From Octopus vulgaris (taxonomy: Eukaryota), in NCBI GenBank assembly GCA_951406725.2, contig OX597822.1:105586001-105650000 (forward strand): 64,000 bases of DNA, read 5' to 3'. Of this stretch, positions 1 to 14,786 are shown in pieces (position 1 is the first letter of the stretch; each line of letters opens with the position of its first letter). Position numbers and translations under genes: made by a program. The notes below the pieces were generated by a model. It was not told the origin of the DNA and made no database searches. It saw only the letters and a list, made by a program, of their open reading frames with translations.

Positions 1-1241
1 AATTAGACAAAAATTATAAACTTATACCATATGTAAGGATGTTTGTTCCCAAACAACACTTATTTTAGAGCTGTTGACATCACTGGATTAAATGATAATG
101 CCTAGGTGTCAAAACCGTAGTGATGTCCGTGTGGCAGCTGATGATAGAAGTGTGTTGGATTGTTGGTATGGCTGTTATTGTATGTGCAAAATAGTTTTAT
201 AAGACATCCTTTTGATATGACTACATCTAATATTACAACATATACCTACACAGTTCTACACCGTTTCACATGACTTTATTCATTAACACTTATTAAATCT
301 TCAGATGTTCTTACAACTTTGGTCTTCGTCGTAAAACCTTGCTTTCGTTTGTTCAATAAAACTTCCTCCTCGAAATGATTTTGCTTTCATTTTGTGATAG
401 CTCTCATGCAGGAAATGCCAGATTTGAAGTCCTGTTTTCTGATTAGGTAAAATTTGTTCAAACTTAAACATGCTTGACATTTTTCTGCAAATTTTCTGGA
501 ACAAATAAATAAGAAAATCGGATTTAACGTGGAAAAGTATTTCAATATACCAAATTTGAAAATTTTGATGTAATTTTAAAATCTCACAATATGTGATAGC
601 AACAAGGAAGACCCTACAAAAGTAAACACACAGACAGTTGTAGGCGTGACACATGCACACAGACGCACATTTACAAACGTACAAAGAGATAATCAAGAAT
701 TCAAAATGATGTATAATAGGCATATGTATGTATGTCCGAATATATGTATTTATATGTATGTGTGTAGAAAAGCCACCTACCCCTTCTCTGCTTAAAGCTA
801 CGTATGCTTCACACCCACCATTCTCTCCCTTCGTCGGCCTTTAAAAAGTTAGTTGTGTGTATGTGTGTGTGTGTGTGTGCATGTATCTATGCATTTACGG
901 AAGTATGTATGCAGCGTCGCGTGCATATAACAGCTGTATTTACGTTACAATCCCATTGCCACCCAATATTTGTCGATTACACAATGTTGTACTCCCCTTC
1001 CTTGATATCAGTCACACCTACTCTGCTACTACGTTTCCCTCACACTAATACTTTTTGCACCCTTCTCATTTTATAACATCATTCGCCTAACCCCACTAGG
1101 GGGCACATTATAGATTTTTTATCGAAATCCAATTAACCTATTATTGAACTGAATGTCAGTGTAACAAGTATGCAAAATTTGGTGAATATTGGTTCGCTGC
1201 TTTACGAAGTAAGATTGTAACAGACCAGACAAAAATTGCCA

Positions 1242-1301
<60 letters not shown>

Positions 1302-1313
1302 CATGTATGTATG

Positions 1314-1358
<45 letters not shown>

Positions 1359-2966
1359 ACGTATGTATACACACTAGCACACATACATACGAGTACATAT
1401 ATACACAGAGGCACATATACTTATATCTCTGCTTCAGTAAACGGGTTGTGCATGTATAAGTCATTATGCATCTGTATTAGAATTTACATGTAACCTGCAA
1501 AAGAGACTGACGAATAGTCTGCACTTGCTGTGTCGGTTATGAAAAGGTTATGAAAAGGTCATCAGAAGTGGTTAGATCATCCGATTTCTATAGACGAGGA
1601 AACAGAAAGAGAGTAGTAGAGAGACAGAGAGAAAGTACTTTAAAACTTGCTAGAAACAAAGGACAGGGTTTGCAACTATTGCATATTAATACATGCGTAC
1701 AAAGTTGTGTGCGTTCCTGTGCGTGTATCTTTCTTTCTCACCATCTATTCATCTCTGTGTATGAGTTCGTGTGTGTGATTGTGTGTATATATGTGTGTGT
1801 GTGTGTAATGTTTGTTTATTTTTTATACAGAAATTTTACATACGCTTATGCTACAAACTTATAAAGTTTTGCAAATGTATAGAGCTAAATAGTATTGAAT
1901 TTTTTCATGCTCAAATTTTGCATGTGATCGATCGTCTCTGCGGTACTCCGTAGATATTGGTATATTTCACATCACAAAATAGCAATTAGATATGTCGGTA
2001 GAATGCTTGGCACATGCCGACAAGATAAGATAAGCTCGGACTGTTTTTGTATTGGACATCCCTTTGTAAGACGTCATATAACTTGAATCCCTCCTTAACC
2101 GTCGTCAGTGTTCTTTCATTCTATAGATGAATATTTGATATTCATATTCGTGTCTTATATCTCTTTATTCCAAAATGTATTTTGTTAGTGCTTTTGGTTT
2201 TTCTTTTTTTTAAAGGTGCCGATAACAGAAAACATGTTGCATGTTGGTTTTGAATGTACACTTTGCCAGACGTATGCAGTCATGTTGCCGGTTTAAGTGT
2301 TGTTACAGAACACATAATAATTGATCTTAATATAGGCGATAGAACTGAAAATTGTAGGGGATGGTTACTGCGACCGAAGTACTTCAGTTTTACTTTATTT
2401 TATCGGCAACGGAACGGCTTAGGTCAATGTGTTGACTGCAACAGGACTTCAGTTTAGAAATGAAGAACTGCAAGATATACGTTTAATATTTTATCTGACG
2501 TTTTAACGATTCTGTTATAAGACTTAAATGGACGATAATAATAATGCTCTTTTTATTGCACTAAAGTCCAAGTAAAGGGAAGTTTAGGCTTTACATATAT
2601 AATGGCGGAGTGTTTTACAGAGAGTGTGATAAGAAATCAACAAATTGAAACAAGCTAAACACAGATGAACAGGATTTTGTTTCATTTCTAACATGTTTAT
2701 TTCTTTTAAACAACACTGATCATATAATCGGCTGTCAACGAAGAAAAAGTGTGATTCATCGCTGGGTGTTTGTTACAGATATTTTATATTGCGAGCCCGT
2801 TTTTGAAAGAAGAACCAACTTGCCAGTGTTATTTTATGCTTGAGTGTAAACGTTGGCATTGTTGTCTGAATATCCTGTTTCAATATTTACAGCTAAACTC
2901 TCGCTAAGATATTAGAATTTGTTATGCTGCCTGGGTTAAAATGGGATATCTTACTAGCAATTGATA

Positions 2967-3185
2967 TACTCTTTTACTCTTTTACTCTTTTACTTGTTTC
3001 AGTCATTTGACTGCGGCCATGCTGGAGCACCGCCTTTAGTCGAGGAAATCGACCCCGGGACTTATTCTTTGTAAGCCCAGTACTTATTCTATTGGTCTAT
3101 TTTGCCGAACCGCTAGGTTACATAGACGTAAACACACCAGCATCGGTTGTCAAGCAATACTAGGGGGACAAACACAGACACACAA

Positions 3186-3218
<33 letters not shown>

Positions 3219-3389
3219 CATATATACGACAGGCTTCTTTCAGTTTCCGTCTACCAAATCCACTCACAAGGCATTGGTCGGCCCGGGGCCATAGCAGAAG
3301 ACACTTGCCCAAGATGCCACGCAGTGGGACTGAACCCGGAACCATGTGGTTGGTTATCAAGCTACTTACCACACAGCCACTCCTGCGCC
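2967..3389 (-). mobile_element. SINE family B (tRNA-like head, CORE-like CTTGGGCAAGTG segment, internal microsatellite, (GAGTAAAA)n tail)
   Basis: GGCGCAGGAGTGGCTGTGTGG head, GGTTCAGTCCC B-box, 8-bp tandem tail; homologous to copies at 20527, 22795 and 61723. Confidence 0.9.
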
Positions 3390-4371
3390 TATAAATGATT
3401 CGTATAAATGATTCTTTCCTTAACACTGCAGGACAAGGTTACTTAACTATTCATTGGACTGTCGTACAAATCTGATGTGTATACCATGAAAAGCAGCTGA
3501 ATTTACGAATGTTTTATAGATTCTCGGTGTTGAGATCAGAGTTTTAGAGCTGAAATGACATAGTTATAAGACGTGAAGATGAAGTCTTTAGCTATTTCCC
3601 CTACGTTGTAATATGTTACATCATGACATTATACCCACAAATGTCCTTCAAATGTCATAACATTGAGATGAACAAAAGCTTAAAACAAGCGATAAATTTT
3701 AATTTATTTCAATATATTAACACGTGGTTCTATATTCCCCTGGAATATGACAAGAAATATACAACATCTGATTGTGATAATGGTAAAACAAAAATGAAAT
3801 CTATAGATTGAATAGTAGCCTTATACGTTGAAATAATTAAAATATTGTAAGAAAGCCAAAAAAATATGATATATCTAACTTGCTGCAGTAATTGCTGTTT
3901 GTCGTAATAGATGTTTAATAAGTTTTACTTCTTTTCCAAAGCCGAAGATTTACCAAGGACAAGGAATGTGAAAGAGCGATGCTACGAAAGCAATAACGGG
4001 TTATATGAAAGAAAACGTTTCCTAACAACATTCAAAATGGAGTACAGATTCATCCATGTAGAAAACATGTTACATATTAAAATCAATTAGAAATGCCTTC
4101 TCAAAACTACGCATTTATTTACAAAATAATAACAGCTCCCAGGTTGGAATTTAATGTCAGTTGATGGCGAATATAGCAATAATATAACAAAACGAGGTCG
4201 CGTAATTTACGATACGATCTTACTAGCTCGATACTTGATGTATCATAACGTGGTGTATGTAAATGCTTTATACAAATATCTATGCTTATATATATACATA
4301 CATACATATATATATACATATATATGCATATATATATATATATATATACATACATACATACATATATATAC

Positions 4372-4409
<38 letters not shown>

Positions 4410-4476
4410 CTATATATATATATATACATATATCTATATATATATATATATACATATATATACATATATATACATA

Positions 4477-4543
<67 letters not shown>

Positions 4544-5505
4544 GCATGAGCATATATGTATACGTATGTATGCGTAGGATTCACTCTTACAAAGTAAATA
4601 TTGAAACGTATATACACACAGACATAAAAATCGAAGCTAGCAGAATTCCAAATAAACATTGCAGGAGATTCATAATAATAGACGGTTGCACGTATCTGAA
4701 ATCGTAAATTTCGCCGTTCCGATATGGCATATGCCAATATACTACCATGAAATAATTGCATTTTTAAAATAAATTATCGCTGCATTTTTATATTGATATA
4801 TTTTTTTCGCAAATGGAAATTTTATTTCATTTTTACTTTGTTCAGAATGAATTGATACATGCAAGCTAGTTTATGTTATTTATTCTCAAATTTTATTCAA
4901 GTATGTAAATTATTTATTATTGATTTATGCAAATGGTTTCCTTTCAATGTTTTTCCTTATAATAAAAAAACGAATTCAGAAACAAAATAGATGTTGTTGT
5001 CATACTCTTCATAAAATAAAGTATGTGAAATAGCAAAGATTCATTGAGGAGACAAAAGCTTATTTCTTGTAAACACATATATTAGAGTCATATAAATTAC
5101 TGCTTTAAAGGAACGGGAAACCAGAACAAAACCACTAACGCAATTGGTAGGTGACAACGTCAGCATACGCAAGCATTGTGTCGATATGCTGCTATAACAT
5201 TCACCTATATTTACATAACAAAGACATGGAAATAAGCATATGTGGTAGCAAGATCTAATGTACGCATATAAAGTTAGCAGTGATAAAAACAAAAATTGAG
5301 AAAAAACAGAAAGCATACTAATGAAATCAAATAATAATATTCTATAAAAGAAAAAACATCAACAACTCTCGTTCTACATGCCTACACAGACATTTATCAT
5401 ATGCGAATGTGTGTGGGAGTATATGCAAATTGGTGTCTGCGAACAAACGTGAGATGGAAAATTCAAAGCACAAGACAATAAATGTACGATTTTCAGACCT
5501 GGAAT

Positions 5506-5650
5506 GGCGGCGAGCTGGCAGAAGAGTTAGCACGCCGGGCGAAATACGTAGCCGTATTTCGTCTGCCGCAACGTTCTGAGTTCAAATTCCGCCGAGGTCG
5601 ACTTTGCCTTTCATCCTCTAAGTTTAACCCCTGTGGGCAATAAAGAAATA
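5506..5650 (+). mobile_element. SINE family A (tRNA-like head, GCCTTTCATCCTTTCGGGGTCGATAAA core), internally deleted
   Basis: GGCGGCGAGCTGGCAGAA head, B-box GAGTTCAAATTCC, 3' end AATAAAGAAATA. Confidence 0.85.
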
Positions 5651-5812
5651 AATATTCAGGCTTGCAGTGAATACCTAGAGTTTCATACGTCGCACTCATC
5701 AAACTATAAGTTTGATAACTGTACTGATGCAAAACTCGGGTTTGAATCACTTGTCTAAGATAGCATCAAACAAATAGAGTATATTTCTATGTATATAAAC
5801 ACACACTCTTAT

Positions 5813-6035
5813 TTGGTAAGACGCTTGCTTCTCAGCCACAGGTTCAGTCCCATTGCATGGTACCTTGTTCAAGTTTTTTCTGCTACAGCCCCGGGCGGAC
5901 CGAAAACTTTTGAGTGGATCTCATAGACGAAAACTGGAAGATGCCCTACGTGGTATTTATGTGTATGTATATGTGTGTATGTGTGTCTATGTATTTATGT
6001 TTGTCTCCTACCGCCGCTTCACCACCGGCGTTGTT

Positions 6036-6037
<2 letters not shown>
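5813..6037 (+). mobile_element. Diverged partial SINE family B; similar relics at ~11030-11290 and 57775-58475
   Basis: tggtaag..gcttgctt..ggttcagtccca..agtggat..agacg.aaactg.aaga motifs. Confidence 0.7.
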
Positions 6038-6083
<46 letters not shown>

Positions 6084-6493
6084 TTACGTGTATGTGTGTG
6101 TGTGAATGTGTGTTTGTGTGTTTGTTTATAACTTTGCATTATAGCTCGACTTTGCTATTCATCCATCTTCCAAGCGATTATAGCAACACCAATAGCTCAA
6201 TAGCTTGCCGACTTCATATTTTAGTAATTTTACCACGAGGAATGAAAATTTAAACAATGTACTTAACTGAACTTGACTCAACGAATTCATGTACCATTCA
6301 TGATATCCCCTCTCGATCTTTTCTGCCGAATATATAATTCAAGCCGTTATGTCAAACATACAAACCTGCTCTCACTGATACGGACAAAAACACATGCACA
6401 TATGTATACACACACACACACACATCTATCTATCTATCTATCTATCTATCTATATCTATATATATTTATATATATATATTTATATATATATAG

Positions 6494-6560
<67 letters not shown>

Positions 6561-7887
6561 GAGACAAACAGATACATACATACATACATACATACATATA
6601 AATATACATATTTTATCAACATTATTATTAGTATTATCATTATTATTGTCATTATCATCATCATCATCATCATCATCACAATTATCAACTGTGCGATAGC
6701 ATGTCTGACACATTACCAATGAGTTTAGAGCTCATTAAACACCTATATTTTGCGTACTGTGAATTGAAACCTCACAACTGAGGGTGAGCTAAAGTGCAGA
6801 GCTACATCATATCATAAATTCTGATATGACAAGAAAAGTAGCCGTCGGTTTATTGAAACACTTGTATATTGAAGCATAAGAATATTAATAACCTTTACTC
6901 TGTCTCTTATTAAATACGTACCTCTGTGTGTGTTTAAGTGCGCGTAAGCGTGTGTAAGGCTTTGTAAGTATGTACATATATTTGTGTAAGCGTCTGTGTG
7001 TGTGTAAGTGTGTGTGTAGGACTGAGGATGCATGTAAGAAAAATTACAAAATACAACAGAGTGCAAATATTTATTGTACTGTGGAAACAGCTATGAATTA
7101 TTTATTGGAAGGTGAATCTTTACTCTACGTTTCTAGCTGTCGGTTTTTCGCCCACTGGGGGCTTGGATTTGTAGCTTTCGTATATAACCATTGAATGAGA
7201 CGTGCCACATGCCATTGACAAGCATTTCAGAGGAGATTAATTCTTGCAAAGCTGAACAGGAGGCACTGACAGAAATCTTAGTTTTGCCTAAAAGTATCTA
7301 CTGTTAATTGTATAGTAATAACATTTCTGCATACTTGAGAGCTTAACAACGATAATAGTTTGAATCCATATGAGACTTATGATAGAATATACTTAGTCAT
7401 TGTAACCAGTCCTTCAAGAATTTCTATTTGTGAAAAGAAGTTTCGATTAAAAGGCGTTTTAGTGTTCTAAAGATGGCGTAAATTATTACACAGTCGTAGC
7501 CCTGACATCTCTGCTTTATCGACGCAACATGCAGGGTATTGACTTAATAAATCTGAGGATCATAGCAGCTCTTTTAACGATATTACTCAGGATAATTACA
7601 GTTATCACACAGAGTCAGGCAGACATCTGTGCGCTATCGATCCACTGTGCATAGCGTTACACATAATATGTTTATTTCTCTGAAATTAAGCTAAATTGTT
7701 TATAGGGCTTTGTAGACTACTATACATTGCCAAACGCTTTAGCTTAAGTTACTTTTTTCATTCATAGAGCCCTATAGGAGCTTGTCATATGAAGGTCACC
7801 TCTAGTTCTTAATATTGCTAGTATGTGAACATAGTATGTAATGTGACACATACACACACACACACACACACACATATATATGTATGC

Positions 7888-7964
<77 letters not shown>

Positions 7965-7965
<1 letters not shown>

Positions 7966-8095
7966 CAAAACTGTCCGACGAACGGGAACTTGAAACTCTG
8001 AGTAACAGCTTTTTTAAATAACGCATATTACTCTACCTCTGGTATTTGAATACTCTTTTTTCCACCTTGTTTCACATTTATATGCTTACTTCGGT
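7965..8095 (+). mobile_element. Short (TA)n-flanked element with hammerhead-like motif (7967-8014)
   Basis: CUGU-CCGACGA-ACGGGAACUU-GAAAC-UCUGA-GUA-ACAG; stem I CUGU/ACAG, stem III ACUC-U-GAGU; stem II degenerate. Confidence 0.55.
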
Positions 8096-8580
8096 ATATA
8101 GATATATATAATTTCTCATTCGCTCTCGTTTCCCTCACTCAGTAACCATGTTGTCTGATTCTCCTCTTTGCTGGATCCTGCACAGTTCAGTATATCAACC
8201 AGTTTGTCTATTGAACATGAAACTTAAAGTAGCTCATGTATAACTCTTGTATTCATTAAATTATATTTGCACTTGTAAAGCGCATGTGGGTGCAACACAT
8301 AGAAATAGAGGGAGAAAAAAGAAAGGTGAAAGAAAGAAGGGAAGTGACAGAATACTGAATGTGGTGGAGATGATAAAATCTGGCAATACTAATAATAATC
8401 TCAATGCACAGTGTTCTGATGACTGTAATAACTTATGGATTTACGGGCCATGTATAAGTACAACATCAAGAGATCTCATTTACTTTTAATTAATTATTCA
8501 AGCGAACTTGCTGTCGTATCACGCTCTTCAAAATATTCTAATTAGGTATAGGTCACGTTATTTTCTAAGACGTGGCTTAA

Positions 8581-8972
8581 TCTCTCTCTATATAAAGCTG
8601 AAGTTGTCTGTGTATGGCAGGTTTGGTAGCCTTCAACTAACACTATCTCCTCCGAGACCTTGCGGCGCAAGTTGACCAAAATAGAAAGTATGATAGAAGA
8701 AGGCTTTCTCTTCCTTCCGTAGAAGAAAAATGCAAATCGGACCATGTTAACACCAAAAGTTATTTACATCAAAAAGGTGCTTTTTTTCTATGAAAATCCT
8801 TATTTTTTACGATTTTATGACTGCTGTGTCACCATTTTTCGGTGTATTTCAACCAGAAAAATGTTCACTTAAAGAGAATAGCTAGCTACATGATGCAAAA
8901 TTTTTACTTTTACAAAAATTCCATTCCTAAAGGGTCGAAACTAACCCGAGCAACGCCGGGTGATACTGCTAG
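8581..8972 (+). mobile_element. Non-autonomous Helitron-like element
   Basis: A|TC start, subterminal hairpin CCCGAGCAACGCCGGG, CTAG|T end; termini shared with the 34268/54437 family. Confidence 0.8.
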
Positions 8973-8984
8973 TATATCAATATA

Positions 8985-9330
8985 TCATAGCTGTTGTACT
9001 AAGCATGTTACTTGGACTAATTATCGTTATCCCAAATGCAGCCTGCATCTCTGCATCGTTGCATCCCAGTGTGCATGGTTCTGCACTTAATAAATCACAG
9101 ATCATATCTGCTCTACTGTACATGTTACTTGGTGTAATTACTACAAGAATACAGAGGCAGAGTGGTACCTTTTCTCTGTCAAGCTAGTGTGAATATTTGA
9201 AGCACTCGGTAAATCTTAGTACCATAACTGTTCTACTAATCATGTTACTCCGAGTAATAAGTGCGGCCACAGAGATGCAGCCTGGCGTCTGTGCTTTATC
9301 GAGCCAGGATGCATAGTAGTGCACTTATTA
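8985..9330. repeat. Degenerate ~117-120-bp minisatellite (3 units); related units at ~7490-7670
   Basis: CATGTTACT recurs at 9004, 9121 and 9241; catctctgc/cacttaataaatc motifs shared with 7490-7670. Confidence 0.7.
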
Positions 9331-9963
9331 CGCGCGGATTCTCTTGTATTGAACGTAGTTGAGTTTCACGGCGCTTTGCAGGCTGCTGCACATTTTCAGT
9401 CGGTAAGATAAAACGAAACTGCCTCTTGACAATTTAATGCCTGTAATGTCTATTTGACTTGTCTGAAGTTCTATCTTCAATAACAACTTATATTATTAGA
9501 TTGAAGTAGTTTACAGGAAAATCTCTAGAGTATATTTCCTACATCTTAAGTTGATAGAATTCAAAGCATTTCTCATAACATAAATGCTATAATCAAGTTA
9601 AGATAAAAGAAAATATAAGTTTACATTCATAAACCGATTATGCAAATTGCTAGACATAGTTATAACATTAAATACACGCTGGATATGTAGATATATATTA
9701 TTAAAATTAATTACTTAATTAATGCAGTGTTTCACAGAAAGATGACATCCCTAACCATAATTGATTTAAGAGATTCTTGCTAAATTACTGACAAAAACAA
9801 TGTATGTATTCATATATCAATTACTGGGAAAATGTTTTGATTGCTGTATTGAGGCGGATCAGAATGACACGGCAGGAGCGTCATATCTGTTCCTTTAACT
9901 ATTCTGTATTATATTTCGGTGTCATTAACCCTCATTTGCTGTCATTTTTAGGGTTAGAATATA

Positions 9964-10194
9964 TATTTCTTTACTGCCCAGAAAGGGCTAAACATAGAGG
10001 GGACAAACAAGGACAGACAAAGGGATTAAGTCGATTACATCGACCCCAGTGCGAAACTGGTACTTTATTTATCGATCCCGAAAGGATGATAGGCAAAGTC
10101 GACCTCGGCGGAATTTGAACTTAGAACGTAACGACAGACGAAATACCGCTAAGCATTTCGCCCGACGCGCTAACGTTTCTGCTAGCTCGCCGCC
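9964..10194 (-). mobile_element. SINE family A, full length with TSD
   Basis: Homologous to other copies; 15-bp TSD TAGGGTTAGAATATA at 9949-9963 and 10200-10214. Confidence 0.92.
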
Positions 10195-11660
10195 TTCTCT
10201 AGGGTTAGAATATAATTCGTATCTGAAGTATTGCAGATATGTTAGCAAACTCAGTAAGAAACCCTGTTGACTACTTCTGCCACATCTAACAGTTTACTTC
10301 TTCCATTATTACAACGCATCCGAAAGAAGACAACATGATAACAAAGATGTGTTCAACAACACATTAAAATTTCTGGTACACAGATGCATCAACATTTTTC
10401 TCTACTTTGCTGAGTACCACATTTACCCACTCTAATCCAACTAACACCAGCACCGCCTCATTCTTCACTGACTATTAACTCTCTTAGATTCAGTCACATT
10501 TGTATGCCTTCCCTGCATACATCTACTTATAATTGTTTAAGAATGGACGTAAGCGGAATAGAGTTCTGAGTGCCTACGAAACGTATGACTGAAACCCGCC
10601 CTTCAGAAAAAAATAGACACATGGTTATATCGTATGGCAGTCACTTACAAAATTTTCATATAGATCGTGAACACTCACCCTTGAAAATCTCCAAACGAAC
10701 GAGGGACGAGGGAGTCTCAAAGTGTTCAACCTGCTAAAATCAGTATCCGAATTTTCTCTAAATCACATTCAACTGTATTCAGGAAAGATATTTAAAAAGA
10801 CTTAGTGTTAGTTTTACTGGAAAATATATAACTTGATAGTCACTGCTGAAGCAATTTTTAAGATCATGGCTGAAATAATATAAATATATATGAAATATGA
10901 AAATAACCTTTATTTGCTTTATGTATCAAACTGTTTGTCAAACCTACATATTGAAAGGTTCTTCATTAGCCTGCTCTTCCTTCCCAATATTCGGTACCTT
11001 GGATATATTACTACCACAACCTCGGGCCAGCCAATGCCTTCTGCTCGAATCCAGTTTTTGGAAACCGTGTGGAATCTCGTTCTGTATATGTGTTTGTGTT
11101 TGTGTATCTATGTTTACCACCCCCATTGATAGATGGTTTGTTTACGACCCCGTAACCTAGAAATTCTGCAAAGCGGGCCGATGAGTAAGCATCAGACTTA
11201 AGAATAAGTATTGGTGTCGGTCTAATCGACTACAACCTCTCAAGGCGGTGCCCCAGCATGACCGTAATCAAATGGCTGAAACAAATATAACATAAACGTT
11301 AATCCAATAACACTTAGCCCACCTACTCAAAACGTTCGATTCAACGTCTGTGTTCAATAGAGTACATCTTCAAATGTCTCTTGCAGAGAACTCGATAGAC
11401 TTATTATGTCTACTGTTCTCATTGATAGACAAACTTCGATGTTACTTTCACAAGATGTTATTCAAGTAACTAAGTCTTCGTGCAGTTTACATTGTACCAA
11501 TAGAACTGATCACTAACATCACTCAGGTATTCTTTCAACTGAACAATCTTCTAAAGCTTTTACCATTTATATTAGTTGTTATATGTCATATTTATTGCAT
11601 TAGTACAACCAAAACAAAGGCGACAAATAACTGAAGCATTTGAGCATCAGCTAAAATACC

Positions 11661-12073
11661 TATTTCTTTACTACCCACAAGGGGCTAAACACAGAGAGGA
11701 CAAACAATGACAGACACACGGATTAAGTCGATTATATTGACCCCAGTGCGTAACTGGTACTTAATTTATCGACCCCGAAAGGATGAAAGGCAAAGTCGAA
11801 CTCGGCAGAATTTGAACTAAATACGTAACGGCAGATGAAATACGTATTTCTTTATTACCCACAAGGGGCTAAACACAGATAGGACAAACAAGGACAGACA
11901 TAGGTATTAAATCGATTACATCGACCCCAGTGCGTAACTGGTACTTAATTAATCGACCCCGAAAGGATGAAAGGAAAAGTCGACCTCGGCGGAATTTGAA
12001 CTCAGAACGTAACGGCAGACGAAATACGGCTACGCAATTCGTCCGACGTGCTAACGTTTCTGCCAGCTCGCCG
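11661..12073 (-). mobile_element. SINE family A dimer with TSD
   Basis: One head plus two ~184-bp units; TSD TCAGCTAAAATACC at 11647-11660 and 12074-12087. Confidence 0.92.
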
Positions 12074-12447
12074 TCAGCTAAAATACCGTACAGTGTTTCT
12101 TCAGGCTTTTTACATTTTAGGTGCCAAGCATGCGGTGGTCAACTCTGATTTTCATCCTTTTCGCATTGAAAAAATACGATATCCGTCAAGTATTTGGCTA
12201 CTCTACATCCCCCAAAACAATAGGCTTTATGACTCAGTCAGATTTCGGAGTCGGTAGATTGGCAGAATCATTAGAATGTCGGAAAAACTGTCATAGAGCG
12301 TTTCTTCTTGAGCTTTACATTCTAATTTTAAATCCGACCAAGGTAAAGTTTGCCTTTGATTCTGGGATGGAGGAAATAAATTACCTACCAAATAATTTGA
12401 TCGCTGGTACTGAATAACAATTGCAGTGTTTAAATTTGAAAACAAAT

Positions 12448-12662
12448 ATTTGTTTCAAATTTTGCCCCAAGTCCAGCAATTTTGGGAAAGCGATTAAGTC
12501 AAGGACATCGACCACAGCCCTCAACTGATACTGTTTTTATCAACGTCAAAAAGATGAAATTAAAGTCGACTTCGGTGAAATTTGAACTCAAATTGTAAAG
12601 ATGGACAAAATGCCGGTAAATATTTTGCTTGAAGCACTAACGATTCTGGCAGCTCATCAGCT
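12448..12662 (-). mobile_element. Old diverged family A-related SINE; similar relics at ~2350-2510, 28290-28690, 31985-32080, 38311-38520, 39620-39820, 40357-40562, 45057-45240, 46790-46925, 60380-60770
   Basis: Degenerate aaagtcgac(c/t)tcgg..aatttgaactc and ctggcagctc motifs with a different tail (..aaatttgaaaccaata). Confidence 0.65.
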
Positions 12663-13349
12663 TTAAATTAGAAAATATATATTACAATCAAAACTATTCA
12701 CTTCTTTCCTAGGCACTCCGTAAGAATAGTGCACTTGCCTGTCAAACTGAATTTGCCATGTCTTGCTTAATTTCAGCAATACCTTCGATAACGAACAATC
12801 TTACAACATAACTATTTGAAAGGTAGTTCCTAGTTACATGAATCCAATAATTTTATGCGATTATTATGGCGATATGCTAATGGAAAATTGTTGCTTTACT
12901 TGTCAAATTATGCGACCTGCACGAATTCAATATAACGACATTGCAAAAATAACTATTAAATATCATTATTACTATTTTACTATGTAATTATGTGTTGAGA
13001 TTCTTCTACCTATATGAAAAATATCATTATGTATTTATTTCCCAAATAATAAAATAATGCATTTAAGGCTGCATCTTTTTAAAACTGTTTCTCTTTCACT
13101 TCAAAATTCTCTCTACCCTGCAATTTTCTCTCACTCTCTCTGTTCCTGTATCTGTCGATTCCTCTTTCATCCTCTGTCTCCAGTTTTGAACATTTCCAAC
13201 TAAAAACCAATGCATTGCAGCCCATTCTCCTTATTTGTTTCACTTTATTCGTCAAGCCCAATGAATTTTTTCAAATTTTTTTTTTCAAAACATTATTTGT
13301 GCTTTTTAAATATTGTAAGTATCAAGCATATCTCGAAACGAGTGTTATC

Positions 13350-13400
13350 AAATACATACATACATGCATATATATGTATGGATATGTGTGTGTAGGTGTG

Positions 13401-13466
<66 letters not shown>

Positions 13467-13600
13467 CACATATATCTGAATACTTACATATGTGTATGTA
13501 TATGCGTATACATATACATACAGAATGTGCAACACATTCACCAGCACGCACAGATATATATATATATATATACACATGCATACATACATACATACATACA

Positions 13601-13687
<87 letters not shown>

Positions 13688-13733
13688 GCATACATACATA
13701 CATACATACATATATACATACATACATATATAC

Positions 13734-13785
<52 letters not shown>

Positions 13786-13836
13786 CATGCATACATACAT
13801 ATACATATATATATATATACATGCATACATACATAC

Positions 13837-13924
<88 letters not shown>

Positions 13925-13930
13925 ATACAC
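13350..13930. repeat. Compound (TA)n/(TACA)n microsatellite; comparable tracts at 1246-1353, 4287-4545, 6410-6680, 7846-7963, 14400-14572, 27030-27400, 55473-55737, 56420-56520
   Basis: Directly visible. Confidence 0.97.
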
Positions 13931-14470
13931 ACATTCATGCTCTACCTATACTACTAAAAATGCAATATTTTTTTCTTCGTTGGAAAATTGAAATTTAAGA
14001 TATTGTGCAAGGAAAATGCAATAAAAGTTCTAATAAATTAATATTTTTACTTCATCAATAACTTCGCTTTTTCCCCACATTTTCTTCCTCATTGATTCCC
14101 ATCTCCTTGCACATTGTTGCTGATAATCCAATTGTGATTTTATTTATTCACCCCGGTGGCATTATTGCGTCATATAACCTGAACATGCTTCAGAGTTATA
14201 GCTATGATTATGATGTTAAAGGGTTATGAAAGATGGCGTAATAGAAACTGTAAATTTCGCGGAGGTACTAAATGTCGAAGTCTGCATCTCCTAAAGTTCG
14301 TTGAGTCGTCACACATATATAAGTATGTGTGTATCATTTTATGTTCATATATATATGTGTATGAGTGTGTGCATGTGTGTATGTGTATCTGTGAGTGTTT
14401 AAGACATACATACATGCATATATATATATATACTCACATACATATATACATATATATATATGTATATATA

Positions 14471-14573
<103 letters not shown>

Positions 14574-14786
14574 GTATGTGCAAGATATGTATATCAAGAT
14601 ATGTATTTAAATCTATTATATACCAAGTCCTTTTTCACCAGTGAATGAGAAAAAATTATCGGGTTTCAATGGTTCAAACTACAAGCTCTGAAATTGAAAT
14701 CTGCCTACAAATATACAAATGAGATGTATATAAACCACTATGTTTATAGAATATTTATATCTAACAGTCTCTATTATTTCCCTCCT

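Noticed and set aside
4820-4906. Possible 55-nt exon (TTCAG|...|GTATGT)
   Set aside because: Stops in all three frames; such signals are common in AT-rich DNA.
13215-13991. Long ORFs rich in YI/HT/CV repeats (also 4154-4707, 26906-27448, 62800-63484) and poly-L/poly-I ORFs at 44845-45609
   Set aside because: Translations of stop-free microsatellites, open in several frames on both strands; not genes.
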